From: an uncultured Eubacteriales bacterium
GTDB lineage: Bacteria > Bacillota > Peptococcia > Peptococcales > SKKY01
Reading direction: 5' to 3'
NCBI GenBank assembly: GCA_964622305.1
Contig: CAZUPR010000001.1
Span: 5,433-69,432 of the forward strand
Length of the DNA: 64,000 bases
The notes under the pieces are model-generated. The model was given only the letters and a program-made list of their open reading frames with translations, was not told the origin of the DNA and did no database searches. Within the stretch, counting starts at the first letter, position 1, and each line of letters starts with the position of its first letter. The position numbers were made by a program, and so were the translations under genes. Below are positions 19,767-31,041 of this stretch, one piece after another.

Positions 19767-21201
19767 TTGACAGCTCCTTGCTTAATTTTTCTAAGAAATT
19801 TTTTTTAACTCTTACTGCCTGATCGATTTTTTCTCCATAAGAATATATATCTTTAGTAGAAAAAACATTTTCCAGTTTTAAAGTATGTGGATTTACAAAT
19901 TTACTACTGGCTCCACAGCCAAAACCCATAATACTTTGTCTCTCTTCAATCATCATAATATTATAAGGGGAATACTTACCATCTCTGGCAAAACCAATAT
20001 TTTCCTGCCCGCCGCTGCTAAGTTTTTGCTTATAGAGATAATAGGGCTCATAAGAAGCAGCTTCCAAAATTTTAAGGACTCTGGAAAAGCTCTTACCAGC
20101 TGCCTGGGAATTAACTACTTGAGAATCCAGCTCTAAAGAGGCCTTTCTTTTATAGGCCAAACTGTGGATAGTAATATTTTCAGGTTCAAGGGCCAGGACC
20201 TGACCAAGACTTTTAAAGAATTCTTCTTCATTTTCTTCAAGTCCCATTATCAAATCCATATTAATGACAGGGATGCCACAAGCTTTAGCCATCCTGTAGA
20301 CCTTGATAATGTCGTCAACTGAATGCCTGCGACCAAGATTTTTAAGTATTTCATCAGACATTATTTGAGGGTTAATGCTGATCCGTTTAACCCCATAGTC
20401 TTTTAAAATCTTAATTTTTTCTAAATTGAGGCTGTCTGGTCTCCCAGCTTCAAAGGTGAATTCCAGGAGGCCATCTAGATCAAGATAGGATTTTAAAAGG
20501 CTTAAAAGATCTCTAAGCTGGTTTTCATCCAGAATAGATGGGGTCCCACCGCCAATATAAATTTTATCAATCGTAAAACCAAATTCTTTTATACAAGGTA
20601 AAAATGATTTTAATTCTAAATGCAGGTTTTCCAAATAAAGTGGAAGCATTTCCTTATGCCTGCCCAAGAGCAAGGAACCAAAGGTACAGTAAGAGCAAAT
20701 TGAGGAACAAAAGGGTATAGAAATGTAGATGGCTATTTTTTTGCCAGCTTCTTTTTTTGAAAAAAGAAAGGGCCTTTGCCTCTGTGCAAGCTGATAAAGA
20801 AGAAGGCTCTTATCTTTTTTTAAGAGATAATAGTTTTCCAGCCTATCAAGTATTTCTTCTTCAGCCAGGCCCTGATCTAACATCTTATGGACGATCTTGC
20901 CTGGTCTTATTCCAGTTAAAATTCCCCAAGAAGGCTCATCAAGAAAAGAGTTCTGGGCTATTGCCTTAAAAAGCAACCTTTTTAGGGCCCACTTTACCTG
21001 ATCTTCTGAAAAATCATCTAATTTTTCTTGGTATCTTTTGTCCTCCAAGCTAATGATAAGCAAGGGATCTTTAACTTCAATTTCTACTGGCAAATATTTT
21101 TCATCATATAAATCCCGCCAGCTATAGTCGGGAAAAAAGCTTCTGACTGTGTTAAAAAACAAGGTTTCAAAAGCTTTTTGATTTTTTGCAAGTCTTAGCA
21201 T
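19756..21201 (-). CDS. hemZ: HemN-like radical SAM protein (HemZ-type coproporphyrinogen dehydrogenase family)
   Basis: 481 aa. CxxxCxxC cluster motif CSSICSYCTF. Overlaps the hisS start by 11 nt. Confidence 0.8.
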   Translation of the reverse strand: MLRLAKNQKAFETLFFNTVRSFFPDYSWRDLYDEKYLPVEIEVKDPLLIISLEDKRYQEKLDDFSEDQVKWALKRLLFKAIAQNSFLDEPSWGILTGIRPGKIVHKMLDQGLAEEEILDRLENYYLLKKDKSLLLYQLAQRQRPFLFSKKEAGKKIAIYISIPFCSSICSYCTFGSLLLGRHKEMLPLYLENLHLELKSFLPCIKEFGFTIDKIYIGGGTPSILDENQLRDLLSLLKSYLDLDGLLEFTFEAGRPDSLNLEKIKILKDYGVKRISINPQIMSDEILKNLGRRHSVDDIIKVYRMAKACGIPVINMDLIMGLEENEEEFFKSLGQVLALEPENITIHSLAYKRKASLELDSQVVNSQAAGKSFSRVLKILEAASYEPYYLYKQKLSSGGQENIGFARDGKYSPYNIMMIEERQSIMGFGCGASSKFVNPHTLKLENVFSTKDIYSYGEKIDQAVRVKKNFLEKLSKELSNGN

Positions 21202-21202
21202 G

Positions 21203-21823
21203 TCAAATAAAAGGGTTTATTTGCTTTTCAAGACCTATAGAAGTTTTAGGCCCATGACCTGGCAAAACAACAGTCTCATCGGGCAGTTTCATAAGTCTGG
21301 CTAAGGATTTAGTCATTTTTTGATAATCTGAGTTTGGCAAATCAGTTCTGCCTATTGAGCCATAAAAAAGTGTATCTCCTGAAAAAAGAATCTGATCTTC
21401 CTCAGAGTAAAGACCTATACCACCTTCTGTGTGCCCAGGTAAATGAATTACTTCTAAGCTGCTATTGCCAAAAGTAATAATATCTCCTTCTTTTAAAAAG
21501 GCATCAGCTGCCGGACTTTCCTGGCACTGGCTGCCAAAAAGAAAGGAATTTTGACTTGTTGAAGTGAGCATATTTGCATCAGCCTCATGAATAAGCAAAT
21601 CTTTGCCAGTAAATTCTTTAACTTCTTTATTAGCACCAATATGGTCATGGTGGCCATGGGTATTAATGATATATTTAATCTCTACACCACTGTCTTCAAT
21701 TACCTTATTGATTCTCTCCCCATCTCCGCCTGGGTCTATTACTATTCCTTCTTTTGTTTCCTCACAATAGGCAAGATAGCAGTTTGTGCCCAGCATGCCT
21801 ACTTCCATTATTTTGATATGCAT
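21203..21823 (-). CDS. MBL-fold metallo-hydrolase (glyoxalase II-like)
   Basis: 206 aa. HGHHDH motif. Confidence 0.85.
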   Translation of the reverse strand: MHIKIMEVGMLGTNCYLAYCEETKEGIVIDPGGDGERINKVIEDSGVEIKYIINTHGHHDHIGANKEVKEFTGKDLLIHEADANMLTSTSQNSFLFGSQCQESPAADAFLKEGDIITFGNSSLEVIHLPGHTEGGIGLYSEEDQILFSGDTLFYGSIGRTDLPNSDYQKMTKSLARLMKLPDETVVLPGHGPKTSIGLEKQINPFI

Positions 21824-21826
21824 AAA

Positions 21827-22357
21827 TTACCTCCCACTTTCAAAGTAAATTAAATCTTCCTCAAGATATCTTTCCACTGCATAAATTGCATCAGACAGAC
21901 GATTTACATATTTTAAGAGAAGGGGATTGACCTCTTCTTCACGGCTAAGGGTTAAAATTAATCTTTCTGCCCTTCTGGCAACTGTTCTGGAGAAATCCAG
22001 ATGTGCTGATGCCAGGGTTGACCCTGCAATTATAAATTTATTAACTCCATCAATTCTTGCTATGCAGGAGTCTATAATATCTTCCAGTTCCTTTATGTCA
22101 CTTTCCTGGATAGAATAGATTTTTTTCTCTTCTACTCTTGTTGCCAGCTCAGCTGCTACATAAAAAAGTTTTCTTTGAAATCCCAGTAGAATTTCCTTCA
22201 TTTCAGGGTCTTCTACAATACTTCTGGCCATGCCAAGAGTTGAATTTAACTCATCGACTGTTCCATAACATTCAACACGGAGACTATCTTTCTCAACTCT
22301 TTGACCATCCCACAAACTAGTTTTTCCTTCATCGCCTGTTTTGGTATAAATTTTCAT
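21827..22357 (-). CDS. PduO-type ATP:cob(I)alamin adenosyltransferase
   Basis: 176 aa. Hallmark N-terminus MKIYTKTGDEGKTSL. Confidence 0.9.
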   Translation of the reverse strand: MKIYTKTGDEGKTSLWDGQRVEKDSLRVECYGTVDELNSTLGMARSIVEDPEMKEILLGFQRKLFYVAAELATRVEEKKIYSIQESDIKELEDIIDSCIARIDGVNKFIIAGSTLASAHLDFSRTVARRAERLILTLSREEEVNPLLLKYVNRLSDAIYAVERYLEEDLIYFESGR

Positions 22358-22369
22358 TTGTCTGCCTCC

Positions 22370-22819
22370 TTAAAATTTTTTCTGGCTGTCTAATAAGATT
22401 GTCACTGGCCCGTCATTTACAAGGGAAACTTGCATATCCCCGCCAAAAAGGCCTGTTTCAACCTTTAATGTAGATTCTTTTAATATCTGATTAAATTTAT
22501 TATACATTTTTTCTGCGTAATCCGGTTGGGCTGCATCTGTAAAACTTGGTCTTCTGCCCTTCCTTACATCTCCATAAAGTGTAAATTGAGAAACCGAGAG
22601 TATCTGACCTTTGATGTCTAAAAGGGAAAGATTCATCTTGCCGGCTTCATCCTCAAAAATTCGCAGGTTCAAGATTTTATTGACCATATATATAAGGTCT
22701 TCATCCCCGTCATCATCTGAAAAAGCCACCAGTAACAAAAGACCCTGGCCGATTTGACCCACTGTCTTTTGGGCAATTTCAACTTTTGCATTTAAGACTC
22801 TTTGTATTACCAGTCGCAA
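22370..22819 (-). CDS. dtd: D-aminoacyl-tRNA deacylase
   Basis: 149 aa. SQFTLYGD and KGRRPSF motifs. Sits downstream of relA, as in Bacillus. Confidence 0.95.
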   Translation of the reverse strand: MRLVIQRVLNAKVEIAQKTVGQIGQGLLLLVAFSDDDGDEDLIYMVNKILNLRIFEDEAGKMNLSLLDIKGQILSVSQFTLYGDVRKGRRPSFTDAAQPDYAEKMYNKFNQILKESTLKVETGLFGGDMQVSLVNDGPVTILLDSQKKF

Positions 22820-22831
22820 AATTCATTCTCC

Positions 22832-25015
22832 TTAAGTGGTTTCTACTCTTCTTACTTCAATTACATCCTTGATAGTTTTTACCTTATCCATAACCTTATA
22901 AAGCTGTTCCAAATTATTTATATCCAGGGTCAGATTTATTATTGAGCGTGCATCTTTTGATCTGCCAATAATGTTGCTGATGTGGATTTTCTGGTCATTA
23001 ACTGTAGTCATAACTTCTGCTGTAATTTTAGGTCTGTCCAGGGCTATAACTTCTATTTCAACCTGATAAACCGATTTTGACTCAGCATCCCAGGCTGCTT
23101 CCACCAATCTTTCTGGTTCATTACTTGCATATTCCTTGACGTTTACGCAGTCTTTTCTATGAATAGAAACTCCTCTTCCCCGGGTTATATAGCCTACAAC
23201 CTGGTCTCCAGGCAGTGGGTTACAGCAACGGCCAAACCTGATTACAACTCCATCCAAACCTTTAACTCTGATTCCTTTGGTGTCCTTACTTCCCTTAGTG
23301 GGCTTAACATTTTTTATATCTTCCTGGATTTCTTCAAAGGATATCTCTTTAACAGGCTTGCCTGGTTCTTTCAAGTGTGTGCGTAATTTTAAGATAATTT
23401 GATTTGGCGACAAAGAGCCTTCGCCAAGGCCAACATACATGTCTTCTGTTGTTTTAAAGCCAAGTTTATCAACAATTGACTCTAAATTTGAACTTTTAAG
23501 ATATTTATCTGGATTGAGCTCAAGTTTACGAACTTCTTTTTCGTATATCTCCTTGCCTTTTTCCAGGTATTCTTCTCTTTTTTCCCTCTTGAACCACTGT
23601 CTGATTCTATTTTTCGCCTGGGAAGTTTTGGCAATATTGAGCCAGTCCCTGGATGGTCCGTTGGCTTGCTTTGAAGTCATTACTTCAATGATATCACCAG
23701 TTTTTAATTTATAATCAATTGGAACTATTTTTGCATTTATTTTGGCCCCTATGCACCTGTGACCTACATCTGTATGAACCAGATAGGCAAAATCTATTGG
23801 GGTAGAACCACTTGGAAGTTCAAAAACATCTCCTTTTGGAGAAAAAACAAAAACTCTGTCGGAGAAAAGGTCAACCTTTACAGTTTCAACAAACTCCTTA
23901 GAATCTGTTACCTCATTTTGTAATTCTTTTATACTTTCCAGCCAGGCCAATTCTTTATTTTTTATATCCTGACTTTGTTTGCCTTCTTTATAGAGCCAGT
24001 GGGCAGCAATCCCGTACTCAGCAGTAAAATGCATATCCCAGGTTCTGATTTGTATCTCAATTGGCACCCCTGTTTTGCCTATTACTGTTGTGTGCAGGGA
24101 TTGATACATATTTGGCTTGGGCATTGCTATATAGTCTTTAAAACGGCCTGGAATAGGTTTCCAGAGGGTATGAATGATGCCCAGAATTCCATAACAGTCC
24201 CTGACTGAATCGCAGATGATTCTTACGGCAACAAGGTCATAGATCTCTGATAATTCTTTGCCCTTATTCTCCATTTTTTTATAGATGGAATAAAAATGTT
24301 TGGGCCTGCCACTTATATCGACTTCAATTCCAGCTAAATCAAGTTCACCTTTGAGAGTTGAAATAAGTTCATCCAGATATTCTATTCTTTCTTCCCTTTT
24401 CATTTGGATTTGCTGGACTAAATTATAATATTTGTCTGGGTAGAGATATCTTAGGCAGAGGTCTTCCAACTCCCATTTAATTTTTGAAATACCCAGCCTG
24501 TGCGCCAGGGGGGCATAAATTTCCAGAGTTTCATTGGCGATTTCCCTTTGCTTCCAAAAGCTTTGATACTTTAAAGTTCTCATATTGTGCAGACGGTCAG
24601 CAAGTTTGATAATTACGACTCTGATATCATTAGCCATGGCTAAAAACATCTTTCTGTAGTTTTCCATCTGCCTTTCTTCTTTAGAAACATATTCTATCCG
24701 GCTTAATTTTGTTACGCCGTCAACAAGACTGGCCACGGTTGGGCCAAATTCTTCTGTAATATCTTCAAGGCTTACATCTGTATCTTCAACAACATCATGT
24801 AAAATAGCTGCTGTAAGGGTAACTTCATCCAGACCCAAATCAAGCAAAATTTCAGCAACAGCCAAAGGATGCAGTATATAAGGCTCCCCGCTTTTCCTAA
24901 CCTGACCTTCATGATATTTATTAGCGAATTCATATGCCTTTTCAACCATATCAATATTGTAATCAGGATGCTTATTTGATATTTTTTCTTTTAAATCTTC
25001 ATAGGACTTAAGCAA
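22832..25015 (-). CDS. relA: Bifunctional (p)ppGpp synthetase/hydrolase RelA/SpoT (Rel)
   Basis: 727 aa. HD hydrolase motif (HDVVEDT), synthetase motif (RPKHFYSIYKKM), and TGS and ACT regions. TTG start preceded by AGGTGA. Confidence 0.97.
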   Translation of the reverse strand: MLKSYEDLKEKISNKHPDYNIDMVEKAYEFANKYHEGQVRKSGEPYILHPLAVAEILLDLGLDEVTLTAAILHDVVEDTDVSLEDITEEFGPTVASLVDGVTKLSRIEYVSKEERQMENYRKMFLAMANDIRVVIIKLADRLHNMRTLKYQSFWKQREIANETLEIYAPLAHRLGISKIKWELEDLCLRYLYPDKYYNLVQQIQMKREERIEYLDELISTLKGELDLAGIEVDISGRPKHFYSIYKKMENKGKELSEIYDLVAVRIICDSVRDCYGILGIIHTLWKPIPGRFKDYIAMPKPNMYQSLHTTVIGKTGVPIEIQIRTWDMHFTAEYGIAAHWLYKEGKQSQDIKNKELAWLESIKELQNEVTDSKEFVETVKVDLFSDRVFVFSPKGDVFELPSGSTPIDFAYLVHTDVGHRCIGAKINAKIVPIDYKLKTGDIIEVMTSKQANGPSRDWLNIAKTSQAKNRIRQWFKREKREEYLEKGKEIYEKEVRKLELNPDKYLKSSNLESIVDKLGFKTTEDMYVGLGEGSLSPNQIILKLRTHLKEPGKPVKEISFEEIQEDIKNVKPTKGSKDTKGIRVKGLDGVVIRFGRCCNPLPGDQVVGYITRGRGVSIHRKDCVNVKEYASNEPERLVEAAWDAESKSVYQVEIEVIALDRPKITAEVMTTVNDQKIHISNIIGRSKDARSIINLTLDINNLEQLYKVMDKVKTIKDVIEVRRVETT

Positions 25016-25032
25016 GCGATCACCTTCATTTT

Positions 25033-27375
25033 TTACTTGATTGCCCTGAAAAAAAGCGAATTTTCCAGATTGTTCTTTTTAACATTTTTTGCAAGGACAA
25101 GATCAATAAAAGAATTTTTTAAAGTATAATTTAGAAAGCCCAGTTCCTCAAAAATTATTATTCCACTTAAAAGTTCCTGCTCAGATAAAATAATATCTTC
25201 TTCTTGATTAAAGAGCTTTGTATAATCTGATAAATCTTGGTGCTCTTTGTCTTTAAAATTTCTTTGCAAAGATAAATATAGTTTTGATAAGAGGTCTCTG
25301 TTTAGCCTCTCTTCTTTTTCTTCTTCCAGAGAATTTTCATAAGTGAAAATTTCTAAGGAAGGATTTATTTCTTTTAAGGACGAGGCTATAAAATCTATTT
25401 TATCTCCTGCAGGAAATAAAAAGTATTGTGTCTGATTAAGAATAATATTTTTATATAAAAAAGTATCTGTAAAGAGAATCTGCCTCTCTTCCAGGAGAAA
25501 GTTTTTTAAGGATAAATAATTTTGCGCAAAAGTGTTGGTACTTTGATAAAAAAGACTGTCTTTTTCTTTAATATCCATCTTTTGGCCTGTTTTAATTGGT
25601 TTATCAGCATATATTATTGCCTTTGAATCTCTTAAAAGATTATAAACTTCATTATACTTTATTTCCTGATATTTTGTAAAATTATTGCCTTCTATATAGG
25701 CAAAGGCTGGAAAAAGGGAATAAATTTTTTCTTCCAGGTTTTTATGATTCTTGCCTTTAAGACCAATAATTTCTTTAACTTCCAGCTGTAAAGTTTTTCT
25801 ATTCTGCCATTCGTTGATTCCCAGATTAAAAAGAAGATTGCCTTGGCAGATATCCTGGCTGTATTCCTTGTAATTAAAATAAACAGCACCAATTTTCCCT
25901 GACTGATCCTGGGCAGTAATCCTTAAATGATCCTTATTTTTACCAATTCTTTGCATACTCAATTTTAAATCATTGGCAAAGGAAAAGAGTGGTTCTGGGT
26001 TGCCTTGCCCAAAGGGTTCAAGATAAGCTAAGTCATTATAAAAATCACAGTCAATTTCGGCAATATTTTCAAAATAAAGATCAACCTCAGTTTTTTCTTC
26101 TAAATCCTTTTCCTCCAAAACTTTGTAAACATATTTATTTAGAGCCTCTCTAAAAGGAATAATATCCTCTTCCAGGAGGGAAAGACCTGCAGCCTGTGGG
26201 TGCCCCCCAAATTCTTGCAGATAATCCTGATTGTTTTCTAAGGCCTTAAAAATATCAAAATTGGCAATACTTCTTCCAGAACCCTTCCAGAGACCTTCTT
26301 GATCCTCAGATAAAAGAATAACCGGCCTTTTAAAATCTTCAACTAAACGAGCAGCAACAATACCAATAATGCCTGCCTGCCAATTTTTATTACCCAGCAA
26401 AATAAAAGGATCCAAAAACAATTGCTTTTCCAGGACAATTTTTCTGGCTTTAAGATAAGTAGAATCAACCAAATCTTTTCTCTTTTTATTTAAGTTAAGC
26501 AGCTCAGTAACTAATTGATCAATCCTGACATGATTATTGGTGGTTAAAAGTTCCAGAGCTAATTCCGGTTTACCCATTCTGCCACTGGAATTTATTACTG
26601 GTCCAAGAAAAAAAGCTATATTTTTACTCTTAACCTGAGAAAGATCATTACTCTCAAGAAGTTTCTTTAAGGCTCTTAAATTTGTCTGATTTAAATATGC
26701 CAAACCTTTTCTAACAATCTTTCTGTTTTCCATTTTCAAATCTACAAGATCGGCAATTGTACCTAGAGTTGCAAGTTGCAAGAGGTCAGCATCTATTTTT
26801 TTTATATTTTCTTCATCCTGGGCTAATGCAAGGCTTAGAAAATAAGCGATGCCAGCTCCAGCTAAATCATAAAAGATCTCTTCTTTAGAAACTTTAGGGT
26901 TAACGATTATAGTTTCTGGCAAAACTTCCCCAGGCAGATGGTGATCTGTAACTATGAAATCCAAGCCCATATTTTTATATTTAGCAACTAAATCTTTAGA
27001 TTTAATCCCACAGTCAACAGTTATTATTAAATTTGTTCCTCTGGTTAGAAGCTCTGCCAAGGCAAGATCATTAAGACCATAACCTTCATTATCTCTTTCT
27101 GGAATATAAGTATCTATCTTTGAATAAATAGCCGAAATAGCCCGGTAAAGAATGGCAGTTGCGGTAATGCCATCAGCATCATAATCACCGTAAATTGTTA
27201 TTTGTTCTTCTTTTTTTATGGCCTCTTTAATCCTTTCACAGGCCTTTTTAACACCATTAAGTAAAAAAGGGTCTGCCAGGGGAAGCTTTTCCGGAAAGAG
27301 AAATTCTTCTAATGAAATATTTTCTGGGCATCTTTTTTGAGCCAGTTCAAGAACTTTTTGGTTTATTTTCTTCAA
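25033..27375 (-). CDS. recJ: Single-stranded-DNA-specific exonuclease RecJ
   Basis: 780 aa. DHH motifs DYDADGITA and VTDHH. DHHA1 motif GGHPQAAG. TTG start. Confidence 0.95.
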   Translation of the reverse strand: MKKINQKVLELAQKRCPENISLEEFLFPEKLPLADPFLLNGVKKACERIKEAIKKEEQITIYGDYDADGITATAILYRAISAIYSKIDTYIPERDNEGYGLNDLALAELLTRGTNLIITVDCGIKSKDLVAKYKNMGLDFIVTDHHLPGEVLPETIIVNPKVSKEEIFYDLAGAGIAYFLSLALAQDEENIKKIDADLLQLATLGTIADLVDLKMENRKIVRKGLAYLNQTNLRALKKLLESNDLSQVKSKNIAFFLGPVINSSGRMGKPELALELLTTNNHVRIDQLVTELLNLNKKRKDLVDSTYLKARKIVLEKQLFLDPFILLGNKNWQAGIIGIVAARLVEDFKRPVILLSEDQEGLWKGSGRSIANFDIFKALENNQDYLQEFGGHPQAAGLSLLEEDIIPFREALNKYVYKVLEEKDLEEKTEVDLYFENIAEIDCDFYNDLAYLEPFGQGNPEPLFSFANDLKLSMQRIGKNKDHLRITAQDQSGKIGAVYFNYKEYSQDICQGNLLFNLGINEWQNRKTLQLEVKEIIGLKGKNHKNLEEKIYSLFPAFAYIEGNNFTKYQEIKYNEVYNLLRDSKAIIYADKPIKTGQKMDIKEKDSLFYQSTNTFAQNYLSLKNFLLEERQILFTDTFLYKNIILNQTQYFLFPAGDKIDFIASSLKEINPSLEIFTYENSLEEEKEERLNRDLLSKLYLSLQRNFKDKEHQDLSDYTKLFNQEEDIILSEQELLSGIIIFEELGFLNYTLKNSFIDLVLAKNVKKNNLENSLFFRAIK

Positions 27376-27407
27376 CTTATTTACATCCTCATTTTATATT
27401 TTCTTAA

Positions 27408-27436
27408 AAGAAAAATACCTCTTTTACAGAGGTATT
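27408..27436 (-). terminator. Rho-independent terminator after secF
   Basis: Minus-strand RNA AUACCUCU-GUAAA-AGAGGUAU followed by UUUUUCUUUU. Confidence 0.8.
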
Positions 27437-27439
27437 TTT

Positions 27440-28294
27440 TTATGCTTTTTTAAATTTAAATTTTCTAAAAATCAACCAGAAGTTGCTGGCCAAGAAAACT
27501 GATGAGTAAAGTCCACTTGTCACACCAAGTAAAAGTACCAAGTTAAAGTTTCTAATTGTTTCTCCCCCCAATATTAAAAGAGCAAAGATAACAAAAAGTA
27601 CTGTAAGGGTTGTGTTTATTGATCTAGCAATAGTTTGCCAGATACTAAGATTGACAATTGCCTCTGGTCCCTCTTTTTTATGAGAAACAAGATTTTCTCT
27701 GATTCTGTCAAAAATTACTATAGTAGCATTTACAGAATAACCTACAACTGTAAGCACTGCCGCTATAAATTCAGAGTTTACCTCAAATTGCAAGATAGAA
27801 AAAATCCCAACTATAATTAAAACGTCATGTGTCAAAGCCATAATGGCAGCAAGGGCAAAAGCAAGTTCAAACCTGACAGTAATATATAAAACCATCATAG
27901 CCATTGCTAAAAAGAGTGAAATCAAGCCTGCTCTTCTAAGTTCAGAACCTATACTTGGACCAACAGCTTCATTTCTCATTATTTCAAAATCACCCAGAGC
28001 ATTTCTTAAGCTCTCAAGCATTTCTTTTTCTTGTTCTTCAGATATTACTCTTGTTTTTATAATGTAAATATTATCTTCAGACTCTTGAATCATGGCATCA
28101 TGAATCTCGGATCTGTTCATTGCCTCTCTTACGTCTTCTGAATCTACCTTTTCCTGAAAATGTATTTGAACCAAATTGCCACCAACAAAGTCAATTCCAA
28201 AGTTCAAGCCATTTATCATTAGAGAAACCATACCTGGTAAAATAATAACTAATGAAATTATAAACCATAGAATCTTTTTTCCTGCGAAATCCAT
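27440..28294 (-). CDS. secF: Protein translocase subunit SecF
   Basis: 284 aa, six TM segments. Start overlaps the secD stop. Confidence 0.95.
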   Translation of the reverse strand: MDFAGKKILWFIISLVIILPGMVSLMINGLNFGIDFVGGNLVQIHFQEKVDSEDVREAMNRSEIHDAMIQESEDNIYIIKTRVISEEQEKEMLESLRNALGDFEIMRNEAVGPSIGSELRRAGLISLFLAMAMMVLYITVRFELAFALAAIMALTHDVLIIVGIFSILQFEVNSEFIAAVLTVVGYSVNATIVIFDRIRENLVSHKKEGPEAIVNLSIWQTIARSINTTLTVLFVIFALLILGGETIRNFNLVLLLGVTSGLYSSVFLASNFWLIFRKFKFKKA

Positions 28295-29538
28295 TATTTT
28301 ACCACCTCCTTAGCACCATAGAGTCTTGCATTTGTAGCAACTATTGAAAACTGCTTTAAAAGCATTCTGGTAAAGGTTATGGCTGTCAACATACTGGTTG
28401 CAACCCCGATACTTAAAGTAATGGCAAAGCCTTTAACTGTACCTGTTCCAAAATAAATCAAAACGAAACAGGCTATTAAGGTGGTTAGGTTAGAGTCAAA
28501 AATAGTCCAGATTGCCCTTTTAAAGCCAGAATCAATTGAGGCACGCAAGCTTTTTCCATTTGCCAACTCTTCTTTTATTCTCTCATAAATAATAATGTTA
28601 GCATCTACCGCCATCCCTACAGATAAAAGGAAACCTGCAATACCTGGAAGTGTGATGGTAGCATTTAAGAAATGCAATATAGTCCAGACTATTACTGAAT
28701 AAAGTATAAGAGAAACAACTGCCACAAAACCTGGTAATCTGTAATAAGCTAACATAAAGATCCCTATAGCTAAAAGACCATAAAAAGCTGCCTGAGCACT
28801 TTTTTCAAGTGAATCTGTACCAAATTTTGGACCTACTGTTTTTTTCTCAATAATTTCCATTTCAACTGGAAGTGCACCTGAACGAAGTAAGAGTGCTAGT
28901 GAGTTTGCTTCTTCCAAGGTTTGGAAGCCACCTGAAATGGATGCTTTACCATCTAAGATTGGAGTTTTAACCATTGGTGATGAGATAATATTACCGTCAA
29001 GAACGATAGCAATTACCCTTTGAGGATCTTGTTCTGAATATTTGGAAACCAAATCACTGGTTGCATCAGCAAACTTTTTGGCTCCTTCGCTGTTAAATTC
29101 CAGGCTTACGTAATACTCTCTGCCTGAGAACTGGTCTGATCCCATTCCCTCGAGAGCATTTTTCAAATCTCTGCCTGTAACTACAACCTCTTCATTATCA
29201 ACTCTGATAAATTCTAAAAGAGCTGTTTTACCAATTATATCTACAGCTTCTTCAGGGTCTTCGACACCTGGAAGCTCAATAAGAATTCTTTTTTCGCCTT
29301 CTCTTCTAATTTCTGGTTCTGTAACACCCAGAGCATTAACCCTGTTGTCAATAATGGCAACAGCCTTGGCCATATCTTCAGTTGTGGCTTCTCCCACTGC
29401 TTCAAGTCTTACCTGTACTCCACCTTTTAAATCAAGTCCCAGCTTTAATTCATCCTTCAGGTAGCCAAATGAAAAGAAAGCCAATACAATTACGAGCAGA
29501 GTAATAATTGATACTGCTGCCAAACTACTATTGCGCAT
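28294..29538 (-). CDS. secD: Protein translocase subunit SecD
   Basis: 414 aa. Periplasmic P1-type domain plus a C-terminal 5-TM block with MAVDANIIIYERIKEE. Confidence 0.95.
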   Translation of the reverse strand: MRNSSLAAVSIITLLVIVLAFFSFGYLKDELKLGLDLKGGVQVRLEAVGEATTEDMAKAVAIIDNRVNALGVTEPEIRREGEKRILIELPGVEDPEEAVDIIGKTALLEFIRVDNEEVVVTGRDLKNALEGMGSDQFSGREYYVSLEFNSEGAKKFADATSDLVSKYSEQDPQRVIAIVLDGNIISSPMVKTPILDGKASISGGFQTLEEANSLALLLRSGALPVEMEIIEKKTVGPKFGTDSLEKSAQAAFYGLLAIGIFMLAYYRLPGFVAVVSLILYSVIVWTILHFLNATITLPGIAGFLLSVGMAVDANIIIYERIKEELANGKSLRASIDSGFKRAIWTIFDSNLTTLIACFVLIYFGTGTVKGFAITLSIGVATSMLTAITFTRMLLKQFSIVATNARLYGAKEVVK

Positions 29539-29575
29539 TTATTTCTTCCTCCTAACGGTCTAATAACACCAAATC

Positions 29576-29604
29576 ATTATATACCTCTTCAACAAGTTTT
29601 TCAA
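29576..29604 (-). promoter_or_regulatory. Candidate sigma-A promoter (TTGAAA-17 nt-TATAAT) for secDF
   Basis: Near-consensus hexamers with a 17-nt spacer, about 35 nt upstream of the secD ATG. Confidence 0.55.
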
Positions 29605-29605
29605 A

Positions 29606-29632
29606 TAAAAAAAGTCTCTGATTACAGAGACT
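29606..29632 (-). terminator. Rho-independent terminator overlapping the yajC stop codon
   Basis: Minus-strand RNA AGUCUCUG-UAAU-CAGAGACU followed by U7. Confidence 0.75.
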
Positions 29633-29891
29633 CATCATCTTCAGTGATTACATGCGCAACCCCACTTTTTTCAAGTTCTATCTGAACATTTTCAGCAATT
29701 TCAAGGATTAAAGATTGGTCCATAACCCTGATAATTCTTCCTTTTATACCTCCAACTGTTGATATGATGTCATCTTCAGCAAGAGAGGCAATCATTTTCT
29801 TGCGGTTTTCCATTTGAGTTTTTTGTGGTTTTATTAAAAGAAAATACATCATGGCAAACATTGCAATCAAAACTATAAAATTTGAGCCCAT
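29622..29891 (-). CDS. yajC: Preprotein translocase subunit YajC
   Basis: 89 aa. Single N-terminal TM then the PQKTQ...GGIKGRI pattern. Sits between tgt and secD. Confidence 0.93.
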   Translation of the reverse strand: MGSNFIVLIAMFAMMYFLLIKPQKTQMENRKKMIASLAEDDIISTVGGIKGRIIRVMDQSLILEIAENVQIELEKSGVAHVITEDDESL

Positions 29892-29916
29892 AAATCAAAC
29901 CTCCTTTTTTAGTATT

Positions 29917-31041
<1,125 letters not shown>

